Source: Octopus sinensis
Taxonomy: Eukaryota
NCBI RefSeq assembly: GCF_006345805.1
Contig: NC_043002.1
Coordinates: 61,752,001-61,816,000 of the forward strand
Direction: 5' to 3'
DNA: 64,000 nucleotides
Shown here: positions 1 to 12,796 of the stretch, one piece after another
Layout of the letters: each line of letters starts with the position of its first letter
How positions within the stretch are numbered: the stretch's first letter is position 1
Position numbers and translations under genes: made by a program
The notes under the pieces: model-generated
Told to the model about the DNA's origin: nothing
The model's input: the letters and a program-made list of their open reading frames with translations, nothing else
Databases searched by the model: none

Positions 1-13
1 CTAAGCAAAGGCA

Positions 14-77
<64 letters not shown>

Positions 78-99
78 TATCATTATTATTATTATTATA

Positions 100-302
100 A
101 TCCTTTGAACTATAGGCACAAGGCCTGAAATTAGAAGAGGGGACTAGCTGATGACATCGATGACAATATTTAAATTTTCGACCCCGAAAGATGAAAGGCA
201 AATATGTCCTCGGCGCAATTTCATTTCAGAACCTCAAGGCGAATGAAACACCGCTAAGCATTTTGCCCGGCGTGCTAATGATTCTGTCAGATCACCGTCT
301 TA
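100..302 (-). mobile_element. tRNA-derived SINE, family A (degenerate)
   Basis: Reverse complement matches the family A copies at 3528 and 9722 (ttagcacgccgggcaaaatgcttagcgg...gcctttcatctttcggggtcga); ends in an (ATT)n tail. Confidence 0.75.
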
Positions 303-1029
303 ACAACAATAATGTTTATAACAAACTTATGCTGCAAAATATCCTATAATAAATATTTAGGTCAAATCAGTGTCAACCGACATTGAGTGGAGTTACATTG
401 ACCTATGTCGCTTTGTATTACTCCAAGTGTCTTTCGACACTGAATGAGAGAGCTGTGCATGCCATCCAAGTGACACTGGAGAAAAATATACGAAACACAG
501 TATATCCATCTTTACTACCTGTCTTATAAGGGTACACCAGCCACGTGCATTACAAACACATGTGCGTGGTATTAACTTGCAAGTGGGGCCCAGTTAGAAT
601 TTTTTTCAGGTGGAACAGCCTATTTCGCTCAAAAGGTCTATGAATATAAGTTGCTTAAGAATATTAAACGAAACACCCATATTTTTTGAAAGGTGAATTA
701 TCTAAACGCCAAAGAATTCCTCTCAACACATGGCTATGATGCTCCCCCACTATTTCTGCTCGTGATCAGAGATGCACATATCGTCAGCCACTAAGTGACA
801 TGCCCAACTGGTTAAGGTCAATCAACTGACAAACAACTCTGTGGTATTGAGCAGAATATTTGCTGTAGCCCATCTTTTAAACCAAAACAATTTACATGAT
901 AACACTTCAAATCAGTTAAGATCAGAAGCCATGAGAGCCACTGCCTGGCACTGCATCCGATCATTATGATACTTTTCCTTATACTTTTAATCATCATCAT
1001 CATCATCATCATCTTCATCAATATTTTTC

Positions 1030-1602
1030 CTTCGTTTTTCAATTCAGTTTCCATTTCTTGCCGAGTTTCTTCCTGACACCTAGGGCAGAGAAACTCACTG
1101 TGTACACTATTTGGGCATTAAATAAACACACCAGATTGTTAATCGTATTATCATTATTAATAATAATAATATTATTATTATTCTATGTTTGATTTTTGCT
1201 TTATATTTGTACAAGTTGGCTACAAGTCTCACCCAGAGACCTCAAGAGACAACAGGTTGGAAGTTCATGTTGTTGTTATGCCTAGTGTGCCATATATTTG
1301 GGGGGGGGGGGAGAGTTTTTGGTGTTGTACTAATGAATGTCTAAAAAAAAAAATAATTTTTTTTTAAAAAACCGAAAATTATGTTTGTTTTAAACCTTGA
1401 GATTACATAGAAAGTATTTTGCGTAGGATATGAGCAGTTCCCATGAGCACTATCTTTTGAATTTCTGCCATTTTTGGGTTTCCTGGTATCTGAGTTAGGT
1501 AGCTATCAGCCCCTTTTGCTGTCATTCCCAGGGCACCTATGACAACAGGTATTGTTTTAGTCTTCAGGTTCCACATTTTGCTGATTTCTATTTCAAGATC
1601 TT
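1030..1602 (-). mobile_element. 3' fragment of an R4/Dong-type (RLE) non-LTR retrotransposon with 3' UTR
   Basis: Minus strand encodes ...IEISKMWNLKTKTIPVVIGALGMTAKGADSYLTQIPGNPKMAEIQKIVLMGTAHILRKILSM, a typical RLE C-terminus. The tail at 1045-1140 is homologous to 18580-18676. Flanked by (ATT)n/(CAT)n. Confidence 0.8.
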
Positions 1603-1604
1603 TA

Positions 1605-1667
<63 letters not shown>

Positions 1668-2498
1668 TCTTGCTTCGTGGATAAATTTGTTGTTGACAGT
1701 TGGTCATGTTTTTGCTACTATATTTGTGTTGCAATTTCATCTAAAATAGTTTCTCCACAGATTATTGCAAAGAAGATTAACTAAAAATATATTTGTAGAA
1801 AAAAAAATTTCCAGCCACCACTTATTACTAATTGTGAGTTTGGCAGCGTACATCGAATCTCCGTATGTCTTCGGTCGTGAGATGGATATAAACATCCAAC
1901 TATATATATATATATTTCTCTCAGCTTAATTATATTACAAGTACGACAGTATGGCTACAACCAAATATTTGAGAAAATGACTATAATAGACAACAATTTT
2001 TCGTAGAAATTTCTTTTGAGGAACAACAAGAGACAACAAAATAAACCTGCGAATTCTCTTTATGAAAATAATATTATTTTATTCGTCGCTGTAAAAGCTT
2101 TTCCCTTCTTTTCAACCTAAACCACTGTTTATCTTTCCGATTTAAAAAAAAAAAAATCTGTTTGTCTCCTCTAATTGGAAAAATTGCTGATTGCCACTCG
2201 ATTTTCAAAAATGCTCTGCCTTTCGTTATCATAATGAAGAGATTCAATAAATTTCAATATTATCAATATACGAATACGTGTTAGGATTTTTACAGTAATT
2301 GTTTCGCCTTCGTTCGCATGAAATATGTAAACAATTTATACGAGTGTTACAGAAAAGGGTAAAATGAACGAACCAGTAAAACACAAGACATATATTCACA
2401 CACACACACGTATACGTATGTATGTATGAATCTATGTATATAAATATACATACACAGACACATACATACATATATATATCTATACATGTGTGTGTATG

Positions 2499-2537
<39 letters not shown>

Positions 2538-2580
2538 CATGTATGTATAATGCCCTCTGGCATGTATGTATAATGCCCTC

Positions 2581-2635
<55 letters not shown>

Positions 2636-3047
2636 GCTATTGAGTTCTAACTCAATAACCAAAACCTATCAGAATTATATATTATGTATATATATATATA
2701 GATATGTATATGAAGCTGATTTGTTCGACTAAACCCGGTTCTTCAGCATGGGCGCAGTCATATGATTGAAATGAGTAAAAAATATAAGAATAAAACAATA
2801 TATATATACAGCACACACGCATACACGCATGCACGTGCACGCATACACACATACACGCACGCACGTGCGTGCTCAGACACGCGCAGACACACACACACAC
2901 GTCGCACAGACATACATATACATATACGCATACATAAAAAGGACACAAATACATACATATATATACATACATGCATACATACATATATATATACATACAT
3001 ATATACATACATACATAAATACATACATACATACATACATACATACA

Positions 3048-3081
<34 letters not shown>

Positions 3082-3381
3082 CATAAGTAAATGTATCTGC
3101 TCCTATGGGAAAGATTTTAAAAAAAGTAAAGGGCGAATATAAAACTGTCCATGTTTTCCGTCTGTTGCCCCATGTTACCTGCATATATGTGCATACACAT
3201 ATATAAATATCCACATGCACTCACACAAACACATGCGCGCTAACGCATAAGAGTACATACACTTATATATACGGTCATACAAACACATATACGCGCGTGC
3301 GAAGGTGTGTGCGTATGCGTGGACGCGTATGGCGATAAATGTATATGTTAGGGATACAATTTCGCTTGTTACAGGGTAGAG

Positions 3382-4135
3382 CAGGAGTCACCAAACCTTT
3401 TTCTCGGCAGGCCGGATAACTGAGTTAAAGACGAGCGCGAGCCGCATGACCATTTTGTTCAATAAAATACAATGAATACACAAAAAATGAAGAAAACTAC
3501 AATATTTATTTACCAAAACGGTATCACAGGCGGCGAGCTGGCAGAGCCGTTAGCATGCTGGACGAAATGCTTAGCGGTATTTCGTCTGCCGCTATGTTCT
3601 GAGTTCAAATTCCGCCGAGATCGACTTTTCCTTTCATCCCTTCGGGGTCGATTCAATAAGTACCAGTCACTCACTGGGGGCGATATAATCGACTTACTCC
3701 GTTTGTCTGTCCTTGTTTGTCCTCTCTGTGTTTAGCCCCTTGAGGGTAGTAAACAAATAGGTATCAAAGAGGGCGACATTTGCAATACGCTAACTAAATC
3801 CCACCCAGTGCGCACATATCCGAATCTCACAAACTGAGTAGGAGAAAAATCAATCAAGGTTCCTGAAGTTGGTACTTAGTTTTTTAAGATATCAATATTT
3901 GCTTTGAAATTGCTGCATACAACGAAGATAATTGCTTTCAAATGTTCATCAGTGTACTTCGTTCGATGTGCTGAGTTCCCATATTTCATTTTTGAAAATG
4001 TTTACTCACAGACATAAGTTGCTCCAAACACTGATACCATACCAGAGACAAACAGACACTCATTGCAGGTACTTGCTCAAAAGATACAGTGCTGCAGCGG
4101 GCCGGATTAAGTAACCTCATGGGCCGTAATTTGTA
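3382..4135 (+). mobile_element. possible non-autonomous hAT-like DNA element, interrupted by a SINE
   Basis: 5' end caggagtcaccaaaccttt resembles hAT/Charlie termini, and GGCCGGAT/GGGCCG subterminal motifs occur near 3410 and 4098-4126. No clean 3' TIR or TSD seen. Confidence 0.3.
3528..3762 (+). mobile_element. tRNA-derived SINE, family A
   Basis: Head ggcggcgagctggcagag..., B-box gagttcaaattcc, central ctttcatcccttcggggtcgattcaataagtaccag (resembles the Meta-SINE domain). More than 12 copies in the window. Confidence 0.85.
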
Positions 4136-4193
4136 CATTCTCGTATATGTATGTACACATAGATACATACATACACGCACACAGAGATATACA

Positions 4194-4225
<32 letters not shown>

Positions 4226-4285
4226 TATATATGTGTGTGTGTGTGGTGTGTGTGTGTGTGTGTGGTGTGTATATATGTGTGTGTA

Positions 4286-4328
<43 letters not shown>

Positions 4329-4336
4329 ATATATAT

Positions 4337-4791
4337 AACTAAAATTAAGGGTGTCTGAGAGATACCACCATGCCGAAATAGCAGTCAAATCCCTGACTCT
4401 TAAAAACCACGTTAAATGTTCATATCGCACAATGAAATAAGACAGAGGGACAAAATAGTCTAGCAAAAAGATATTACTGAATAATTCAAGATCCTGGATT
4501 TCTAGTTTTGCTTTAATTAAGCTTTGCCGTCATCAGTTGATTATATCAGTTAATATATCCGAGCACATAAATATGTTTGTATTTATGTGCTCGGATATAT
4601 TTAACTGATATATTCAACTGATGACGGCAAAGCTTAATTAAAGCAAAACTAGAAATCCAGGATCTTGAATTATTCAGCAATATCTTTTTGCTAGACTATT
4701 TTGTCCCTCTGTCTTATCTCATGGTGCGATATGAACATTTAACGCGCTATTTCGGCATGGTGATGTCTCTCAGACACCCTTATTTTTAGTT
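4337..4791. repeat. ~450 bp fold-back palindrome with an HHR in each arm
   Basis: Arms 4337-4574 and 4579-4791 are near-perfect reverse complements; the left arm has an extra ~27 nt. Embedded between TA tracts. Confidence 0.95.
4612..4670 (+). ncRNA. type I hammerhead ribozyme (mirror copy on minus strand at ~4484-4542)
   Basis: ATTCAA-CTGATGA-[weak stem II, GCTT/AAGC hairpin]-GAAA-TCCAGGA-TC|TTGAAT. Stem I is ATTCAA/TTGAAT, stem III is ATCC/GGAT, predicted cleavage after C4664. Confidence 0.75.
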
Positions 4792-4941
4792 GTAAAAAAA
4801 TTATTACCGTTGTATGGTATTTTTCCCATGCTGGCCTCTTGAAAATATCGATATTTAAATATCTATATTATCCTTATTTATAATATATGTATATATATAT
4901 ATATTATATTATATATATATATATTATATATATATATATTA

Positions 4942-5148
4942 TATATTAAATTAGAGATAAAACCACTATTAGGCAAATCATACAATGAAAACTTAAACCA
5001 TTACATAAGATTAATTAATTTGTATTATTTTATCAAAATTATTAAATTGATATATTTAAAATAATATGAATTAATTAATCTTATGTATTGGCTTAAGTTA
5101 TTCATTGTATGATTTGCCTAATAGTGGTTTTATCTCTAATTTAATATA
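4942..5148. repeat. ~200 bp AT-rich fold-back palindrome
   Basis: attaaattagagataaaaccactattaggcaaatcatacaatgaa pairs with ttcattgtatgatttgcctaatagtggttttatctctaatttaat. Confidence 0.9.
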
Positions 5149-5337
5149 ATATAATATAATATAATATAATATTTTAAAAGAGTAAAAGAGTAAAAGAGTA
5201 TACTATAAAATTAGTTTCACTCCTAAATCTGATTTTTCCCTGTAAGTTGGGATTTATTCCCTAATATTTTATTATATAATATATATATATATATTATATA
5301 TATATATTTATATATATATATATAATATATATATATA

Positions 5338-5370
<33 letters not shown>

Positions 5371-5411
5371 GAAAAAAACTGAGTGCTCCACTTTTCGTCG
5401 GCTACAGTGAT

Positions 5412-5513
5412 CAGCTGAGTGCCGCGCTTCACCGAGATTTGGGCCCATTATGCTCAGTATATCTCCGCTAAAGATAATGGGCCCAAATCTCGGTGAAGCA
5501 CGGCACTGAGCTG
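5412..5513. repeat. GC-rich 40 bp inverted repeat with 22 nt loop
   Basis: cagctgagtgccgcgcttcaccgagatttgggcccattat / ataatgggcccaaatctcggtgaagcacggcactgagctg. Confidence 0.9.
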
Positions 5514-5549
5514 GTCTTTTTTTTATATTCTCACTATATGTATATATAT

Positions 5550-5598
5550 TTATATATATAAAACTGAGAATGTGTGTGTGTTTGTCTGTCTGTCTGTC

Positions 5599-5634
<36 letters not shown>

Positions 5635-6645
5635 TGAAATGTGTGTGTGTCTGTCTGTGTGTTTCCCTAAAATTTGAGAACTACACAACCAATTTCATAC
5701 AAATTTTACACATGCCTTACTTAGGGTCCATGTAGGTTCATGGGCAAAAAATGTTCAACTTCTTGCCTAGAGCGAGCCCATAGCAATGTTATATCTTCTC
5801 CACTATTTCAGTATTACGTGGAAAAAGTGTAACAAAAACGTTTCTCTATTTTATGTCAGATACTTTCACTTTAACAATAAAAATAATAATAACAATTGAA
5901 TTATATGTAGTAAGTAATAATTAACATCAAACTAAAGTATATATAATCGTAACATAACAAAAGTAAAAATAGCAATTGATATAAAATTGCATAAATGACT
6001 TGAACTTGAATAAGTGCTTTCACATGAATGGGAATAAATTAAAAATAAAATTAGCGTGCAGAAATGGAATAGTCCAGATGGATAATAATTATTTAAATTA
6101 AAGAAAAGACTATTGTCTATAAAGTAGACAATGTAGAGAAAAAAGAAGATTTGAACACATGGAGGAAAGCACCTTCGAAAAGTATTTTGGTGCGACTATG
6201 AAAGGTATCTAATCAGAGGCGGTAAATTCGCCACAATAGAAGCAAGGTTCGAGTCAACGGAGCGTGCAAAGGAGTACTCGACTCGAACTCGCAAAGTGGA
6301 AATATTTTAATTTTACCTTTATATCTGGGACGTAGGACGTCCCGGAAAAAAACTTTAAATTCCCCCCTCCCCCTCAGAAGTAGAGGTAGGCTGGATTGTA
6401 GCCACGCCTCTATACAAGAGGAAGGACAAGACAAAATTGATCGAAATTACAAGAGACGGGCTAACAATTCCTGTCTGTTATATATTTTGAGTATTGTTAT
6501 CACTAGCGATATTAAGATATAACTGTATTTTGTATTTTATGTGTAGATGTATATATATAGATGTACATGTAATATGTACACATATAAATACACATATGTA
6601 CATGCACTAGCACTATGACCCGGCAACGACGTGTCTTTAATGCTA

Positions 6646-6647
<2 letters not shown>
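5550..6647 (+). mobile_element. non-autonomous Helitron-like element (degenerate)
   Basis: 5' tatatataaaactgagaatgtgtg...(tgtc)n...gaactacacaaccaatttcatacaaatt. 3' gacccggcaacgacgtgtc...gctagt is a degenerate hairpin followed by CTAG|T. Same terminal logic as 21113-21621. Confidence 0.6.
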
Positions 6648-6712
<65 letters not shown>

Positions 6713-7029
6713 CATCTTATCTGCACACATACACGCATGCTTATCTTTGTTTTTATCTTTTAGTGTTTCAATCATTAGACTGGTGCCATGCTGGAGCACC
6801 GCCTTGTGATGTATAAATATATTTAGATCAACTGGAAAATTCTGCTAACTATTCCTGACTACAGTCACGTACCTGCATGCTTCGAGAACTACGTTGCGTA
6901 GAACCAATTGAAGCGATTGAAGAATAAGCATTCAAACGTACTCTTTGTTGACTCCAAATTTTATACAATTATATATGCATATATATATATATATATATAA
7001 TATATATATATATATACGCACATATATTA

Positions 7030-7615
7030 CAAGAAATAAGGTACTCAGGAATCTGGATGGTTTTAAATTGCAAATTATTATTAAAATGTCACATGTTTTT
7101 ATAAATCATATCGAGCGCTTGCGTCTACTGTAGTAGACTCTTCAGATTGAATGTGTTTGTGTGTGTGTATCTGAAAGGAGTGTCAGTGGAAAAGACAAGG
7201 AATGAATAAGGGAGAGAGAAAGAAGAAAAATGGTTACATCTTTACAGCTGCTCAGTTCTTTCAATAGAAAGTGATGTGTTAATTATTGGCCTTTAAAATG
7301 GTAAAACCAGGTGGCTACTCTGAGTGGTCTTGATAAATGTTATTTTTCAAAAAATTGTCTGGAATTATTATCATCGTCATCATCATCGTCCAGTGAGAGT
7401 GTGTGTGTGTGTGTGTGTGTTTTGTGTGTGAGTGTGTGTGCCTGTGCATCTGAAAGGAGTGTCAATGAAAAAAAGAAGGGGAGAAAGAAGGAAGAGAGAA
7501 AGAAGAAAAAATGTGCTTACATCTTTACAGCTGGTCAGTTCTTTCAATAGAAAATGATGAGTTGATTCTTGCCCTTTAGAAATGGCAAAACCAGGTGGCT
7601 ACTCTAAGAGGGTTT
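7030..7615 (-). mobile_element. Penelope-like 3' fragment with a degenerate HHR (7105-7148) and a ~170 bp direct repeat
   Basis: Minus strand reads CTGAAGA-GTCTAC-TACA-GTAGAC-GCAA-GCGC-TC. Segments 7165-7330 and 7445-7610 are diverged direct repeats. Confidence 0.55.
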
Positions 7616-7697
7616 TGATGGAAGGAAAAATTTGTGTTTACATGTATACAGCTGTTATACACACACACACACACATATATATGTGTGTATATATTAT

Positions 7698-7992
7698 ATG
7701 AGGGTGTGCTTAAAATCTCCTGGCTTTGGATTAAATAAAATATAGGAGGATCAGTTAAATGTGATATTATGCCACATATTCTCTTTTCAAATTCACATAC
7801 TCATAGACGGGTCCTTCAGATTTTTAAAGCCGTGTAAAAGAACCAAGAAGTTTTGGCTTGCAACCATGACTTCCGCTGTAGCCTTAATTAACTGTGTGAT
7901 TCCGGGAAGGGAATATGTTAACTAAAAGCATATCTAACTGAACCTCCTCTATTTTCTTTTATCATAGGCCGGAATTTTCAGCACTGCCTCGT
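7698..7992. mobile_element. mariner-derived MITE
   Basis: TIR-like ends gagggtgtgcttaaaatctcctggc ... gccggaattttcagcactgcctcg; homologous to 23657, 24818 and 60535. Confidence 0.65.
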
Positions 7993-8800
7993 GTATACAC
8001 ACACACGGGCGCGCGCACTCCCCACACTCATACTCACGTACACACACACACATACATACAAACATATATATACAGATTAAAGAAACCACTTCTAGCCACC
8101 TCTGTTTGCCAATCACAACATCCCACTTTCTGTTTCAATTCAAACGGCAGTCTTAGTGGAATTTATCTTTGAACTCCTCTGCATTAAAATCTGAAATGTA
8201 AGATCTTTACTCTGACGATGGAGGCTCGTCTTATCCAATGTTAATGGCGTCCATTACGGTCATATACAGTGATGAACTACATCTGCCAAGATTATATTGA
8301 TGTCCGAGTCCCCAGAAACTGTTGTTGAACTTAAAACAGCTTTCTTCCACATTTGCTTTCTCTCATTTCTCAACATAATCCGTATTTAATACCCAAACTA
8401 TTATATTCAATTTATTTGATAAATTTAATGTATCTAATTTGTGTATCCCCATATTTGGCTGTCTGTCTCACTTACTCTCTCCCATTCTCTCCTCTCTCTC
8501 TCTCAGTCTCTCTCTATATATAAATATATATACCAATTAGATACGTTTTTATAATTTTTTTGCAATTTACTTAATCATTGACATTTTATTGTTATTTTAA
8601 TTTTAATATTTGTATTATATGTAATTTCCTAGATGGTGTAATTTAATAGTTCATTTTGAATTGATAAAAGGTGGTTATTTTTTTTATTTTTTATCTTTTT
8701 ATATATATATTATATTGTGTGAAATCTGATTTAGTATTTCTAAGTTGAATTTTATCTTTGTAAGTTTGGATAATATTCCCTCAAACAATAATTATATATG

Positions 8801-8844
<44 letters not shown>

Positions 8845-8848
<4 letters not shown>

Positions 8849-9280
8849 ATATTTTGGAATGGTCATATTGCCAGTTTAGCCAATAAAAACACACGCACCA
8901 TATATTTGGTGTTATTTTGCTTCAGTGTTATTTATATTTTACATTAATCTTAATCTTATTTCGGTGAGAGTTCTCTCGTCACACTCCTGTGACCGCATCA
9001 GTGGTCCTTTGTGTTCTTGTTTTCTTCTTTCTTATTTGTGTCTCTCCTTACTAACCGTCAATACAAAATGGCTGACGGTTAGTAAGGAGAGACACAAATA
9101 AGAAAGAAGAAAACAAAGGAAGACTGATGCAGTCACAGGAGTGTGACAAAAGAACTCTGGTCGAAATAAGATTAAAATTAATGTAAAAAATAAATAACAC
9201 TAAAGCAAAATAACACCAAATATATAGTGCGTGTGTTTTTATTGGCTAAACTGGCAATATGACCATTCCGAAATATAACA
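8845..9280. repeat. ~435 bp fold-back palindrome with a degenerate HHR-like motif and an unpaired 3' tail
   Basis: Arms 8845-9060 and 9073-9280 are reverse complements around a 12 nt loop. Each arm has CTGATGC...GAAA. A unique ~45 nt extension follows to 9327. Abuts (TA)n. Confidence 0.95.
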
Positions 9281-9329
9281 ATATCTGTTTCAACACACGA
9301 CTTCACATAAAAAATCTTGGACATATCAG

Positions 9330-9700
9330 TGAAGGCACATGGCTCAATTGTTAGAGTGTCGAGCTTACGATCGTGAGGCTGTTAGTTCGATTTACAGACC
9401 GAGATGCGTGTTGTGTTCTTAAGCAAGACACTTTATTTACCATTGCTCCAGCTCACTCAGGTGTAGAAATGAGTAGCAACGTCACTGGTGCTAAGCTGTA
9501 TCGGCTTCTTTGCCTTTCCCTTGGATAACGTCGGTGTCGTGGAGAGGGGAAGTTGGTATGCATGCGCGACTGCTGGTCTTCCATAAAAACCACCCTAGGT
9601 TGTGTGTTTGCCGGTGAGGCGCCTTTTCTCGCAGATTCGTACCCTGCCGAGGAACCACCTAAGTGCATCCATAGTCATTCGTGACCGACGGTGTCGAGTG
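9330..9700 (+). mobile_element. tRNA-derived SINE, family D (CORE-like centre)
   Basis: A-box-like tggctcaattg, B-box-like agttcgattt, then gtgttcttaagcaagacacttta...cactcaggtgtagaaatgagt. Second copy inverted at 27590-27905. Confidence 0.7.
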
Positions 9701-9721
9701 TTATATATATATATATATATA

Positions 9722-9950
9722 AGGCGGCGAGCTGGCAGAAACGTTAGCACACCGGGCGAAATGCTTAGCGGTATTGCGTCTGTCGTTGCGTTCTGAGTTC
9801 AAATTCCGCCGAGGTCGACTTTGCCTTTCATCCTTTCGGGGTCGATAAATTAAGTACCAGTTACGCACTGGGGTCGATGTAATCGACTTAATCCGTTTGT
9901 CTGTCCTTGTTTGTCCCCTCTATGTTTAGCCCCTTTGTGGGTAGTAAAGA

Positions 9951-9953
<3 letters not shown>
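9722..9953 (+). mobile_element. tRNA-derived SINE, family A (near-intact)
   Basis: ggcggcgagctggcagaaacgttagc...gagttcaaattccgccgaggtcgactttgcctttcatcctttcggggtcgataaattaagtaccag...; inserted in (TA)n. Confidence 0.9.
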
Positions 9954-9990
<37 letters not shown>

Positions 9991-12203
9991 CTAGATATAT
10001 ATACATACATGTATACACACATAGGAGAATATATATGTGTACATATATAGTAAAATAAGGATTCATCTGATGATTACGATTCTTTGTAATGGGGTAATGT
10101 TCTCATTATTCTATTTCAAATAATATGTAAGAAACAGGTGTAATGAGCTGAAAATTATGCATATATATCTCATATGTGTGTGTGAGAGCGTGTGTGTGTA
10201 TACCTAAATGTGGAACAAGGAGAATGCTGCCTTGCTAGACAGAATTTCTTTGTGTATTAAAACTACCACACACAGATACGCACAAACACACACACATGCA
10301 TAGCATACAGTTCCGTGAATGTATGACATGTGGGCTGAGTCAGAATATTGTGCCAATGAACCAGACGTTTTGATCAGAGTTATTTTCATCGCATGGAAGC
10401 GTTTGTAGCTCAAAATTACAGATACTTTGATTATTAAATATCACACACAAACGGACACAGACACAAATAGGCACACAAACACACACATACACACACATAC
10501 ACACACAAACACAGACGCATGCATACAGGCACGCACACATGTATATATAAATACAGGTATAAAATCCAGTTAGTAAAATTCTTGAATGAAGTACGAATTG
10601 GAAATCAGGTTTTATATAGTAACATGATGAAAGAGGACTTAGAAATAGTGTTTCATTCTGGAAGTTCGCTCGTTTGTATAATCACAGGTGTTTCTACTGT
10701 GTGTTATTTTTCTGGAAGCATGGCCAAATTGCCGTACGCTTATCTTAGAGATTCATCTTGGAGACTCATCGCTTATCTTGGAGACTCATAGACTCATCGA
10801 TGAAAAGTGATAGCTGGAAAGTTTATTCAGGTGTATTGAGGGAATGTGCAGGACCTGGATATCACGCAAATGATTAAGTCAAGTTCAATGCAAAAGAAAT
10901 TTTTAAAATAGCATATATATGCACGTACATATACTAGCGTAATTGTAAATGTATATGCGATTGACTGCACTCGCAGATACACACACTCACTCAACCATGT
11001 GTAAATGTATATACACCCAAATTGGCACTAACAAAGAGCAAGCTGGAAGCCACTTCAGAATGCGTATTAGTAATTTTCACCGTCACAATAGATTTGAGGC
11101 TTTATTTTTCTGCAAGAAGGTAGGGTAATAATTGTGCTAAAGATCAGTTAAGAGGAAGAAAAAAGGCAATGACAAAATGTGGACGCTACTAAATATAACG
11201 CAGGATAAGTAATGGGAAATGATGAGCCTTGCGCAATTTGTCAGAGAAGGCGTAAGCATATTAGCATGTGGCCAGTTGCTGACATTATAGTTTTTGTTTC
11301 TTGCTCGAGTAAGCAGATACTCGGAATACGATGATCATCCTTTATATTGTACAAAATATTCCCATATGAACATATATGTATATACAAGCAAATATATAGA
11401 CATATATATATTTAAGCATACCTAAATTAATAAAGACAAAGATAATGCATACGCGTGTATGTATGCATATACACTTTCATATAATTTTCCGTTTTGCGGT
11501 ATCATAATAGAACATAGCCATTCTGCAGCATATACATTTATTTAATCTATCGCTATTATAGCAAAGCATTCGTAGAATAACCATTATGTCAATTTAATTA
11601 ACGTTCATTCATTCATGAAGTATATATGTATGTATATAATTATTTTTCATCTTCGATGCGTGTCATGTTTGTTTATTTTAACCTGAATTTATTTGACTCA
11701 AGTCTTCTAAATTTGATCTCCGTATTGTCTCATGAAATAAATACACAAACAAATAAAAAAAGAATATGAAAAGAAAAATATCTCTTTAATGAAGAGCATT
11801 TATTTATGATTATTTTTCTGTAAATTATATATTTTTTAATTTTGTATTGTTATATATACATTTGACATAATGTCAATGATATATTTCATAATAATTTATA
11901 TGATCTTTCTGGTTGTTTACTTTTCAAATATTTTTTTTTTTTCAACTTCGTTTAAAGAATAATATTACACATTTTCCTAGATTTTATATATTACTTCTTG
12001 CCACGTTCATGAACGATTAATATGAGATTTCATTCGTTTGTTTTCATCTTTCTTTTTCCCGCTATTTCGCTTTGAATGTTTGCGATACATGTTAAGTAAT
12101 CAATACACAGATTTGCTTACATACATGTACATTCATACACATATATAAACACGCAGAAATACACACACACACACACACACACCACACACACACACACACA
12201 AAA

Positions 12204-12243
<40 letters not shown>

Positions 12244-12267
12244 CTATATATATATATATACACACCT

Positions 12268-12298
<31 letters not shown>

Positions 12299-12328
12299 CC
12301 TACATAATATATATATATATATACCTAC

Positions 12329-12362
<34 letters not shown>

Positions 12363-12414
12363 AATATATACATATATGTATCCATATATATATATACATA
12401 TATATACATGTATG

Positions 12415-12456
<42 letters not shown>

Positions 12457-12693
12457 GTGTGTGTGTGTGTGTGTGCGTGTGTGTTCCTGTCAGTGTTTCT
12501 CTGTGTGTTTGTTTAAACATAGATATCTATTGTTACACATACGCATATGCTTGTGTCAAAGTGTACGAGTATGTGCATATATGTTTGTAATTAAATATAA
12601 ACATAAATAAATAATTTCGTAGTTACTGTAATCTGGTTTGATTGATCTGTTTAGAATATGAAATCGCCTCTTATTTCCAGATCGAATCTTCAT

Positions 12694-12736
<43 letters not shown>

Positions 12737-12759
12737 TTATATATATATATATTATATAT

Positions 12760-12796
<37 letters not shown>

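Noticed and set aside
370-960. Complex-sequence block that may be a repeat or exon
   Set aside because: Single copy in the window with no recognisable ORF or motif, so it cannot be classified.
8205-8335. CTGACGA...GAAA hammerhead candidate; similar weak hits at 10068, 43270, 47553, 57245, 62654 and 63679
   Set aside because: Stem I or GAAA is missing or unpaired. They may be decayed relics but cannot be supported individually.
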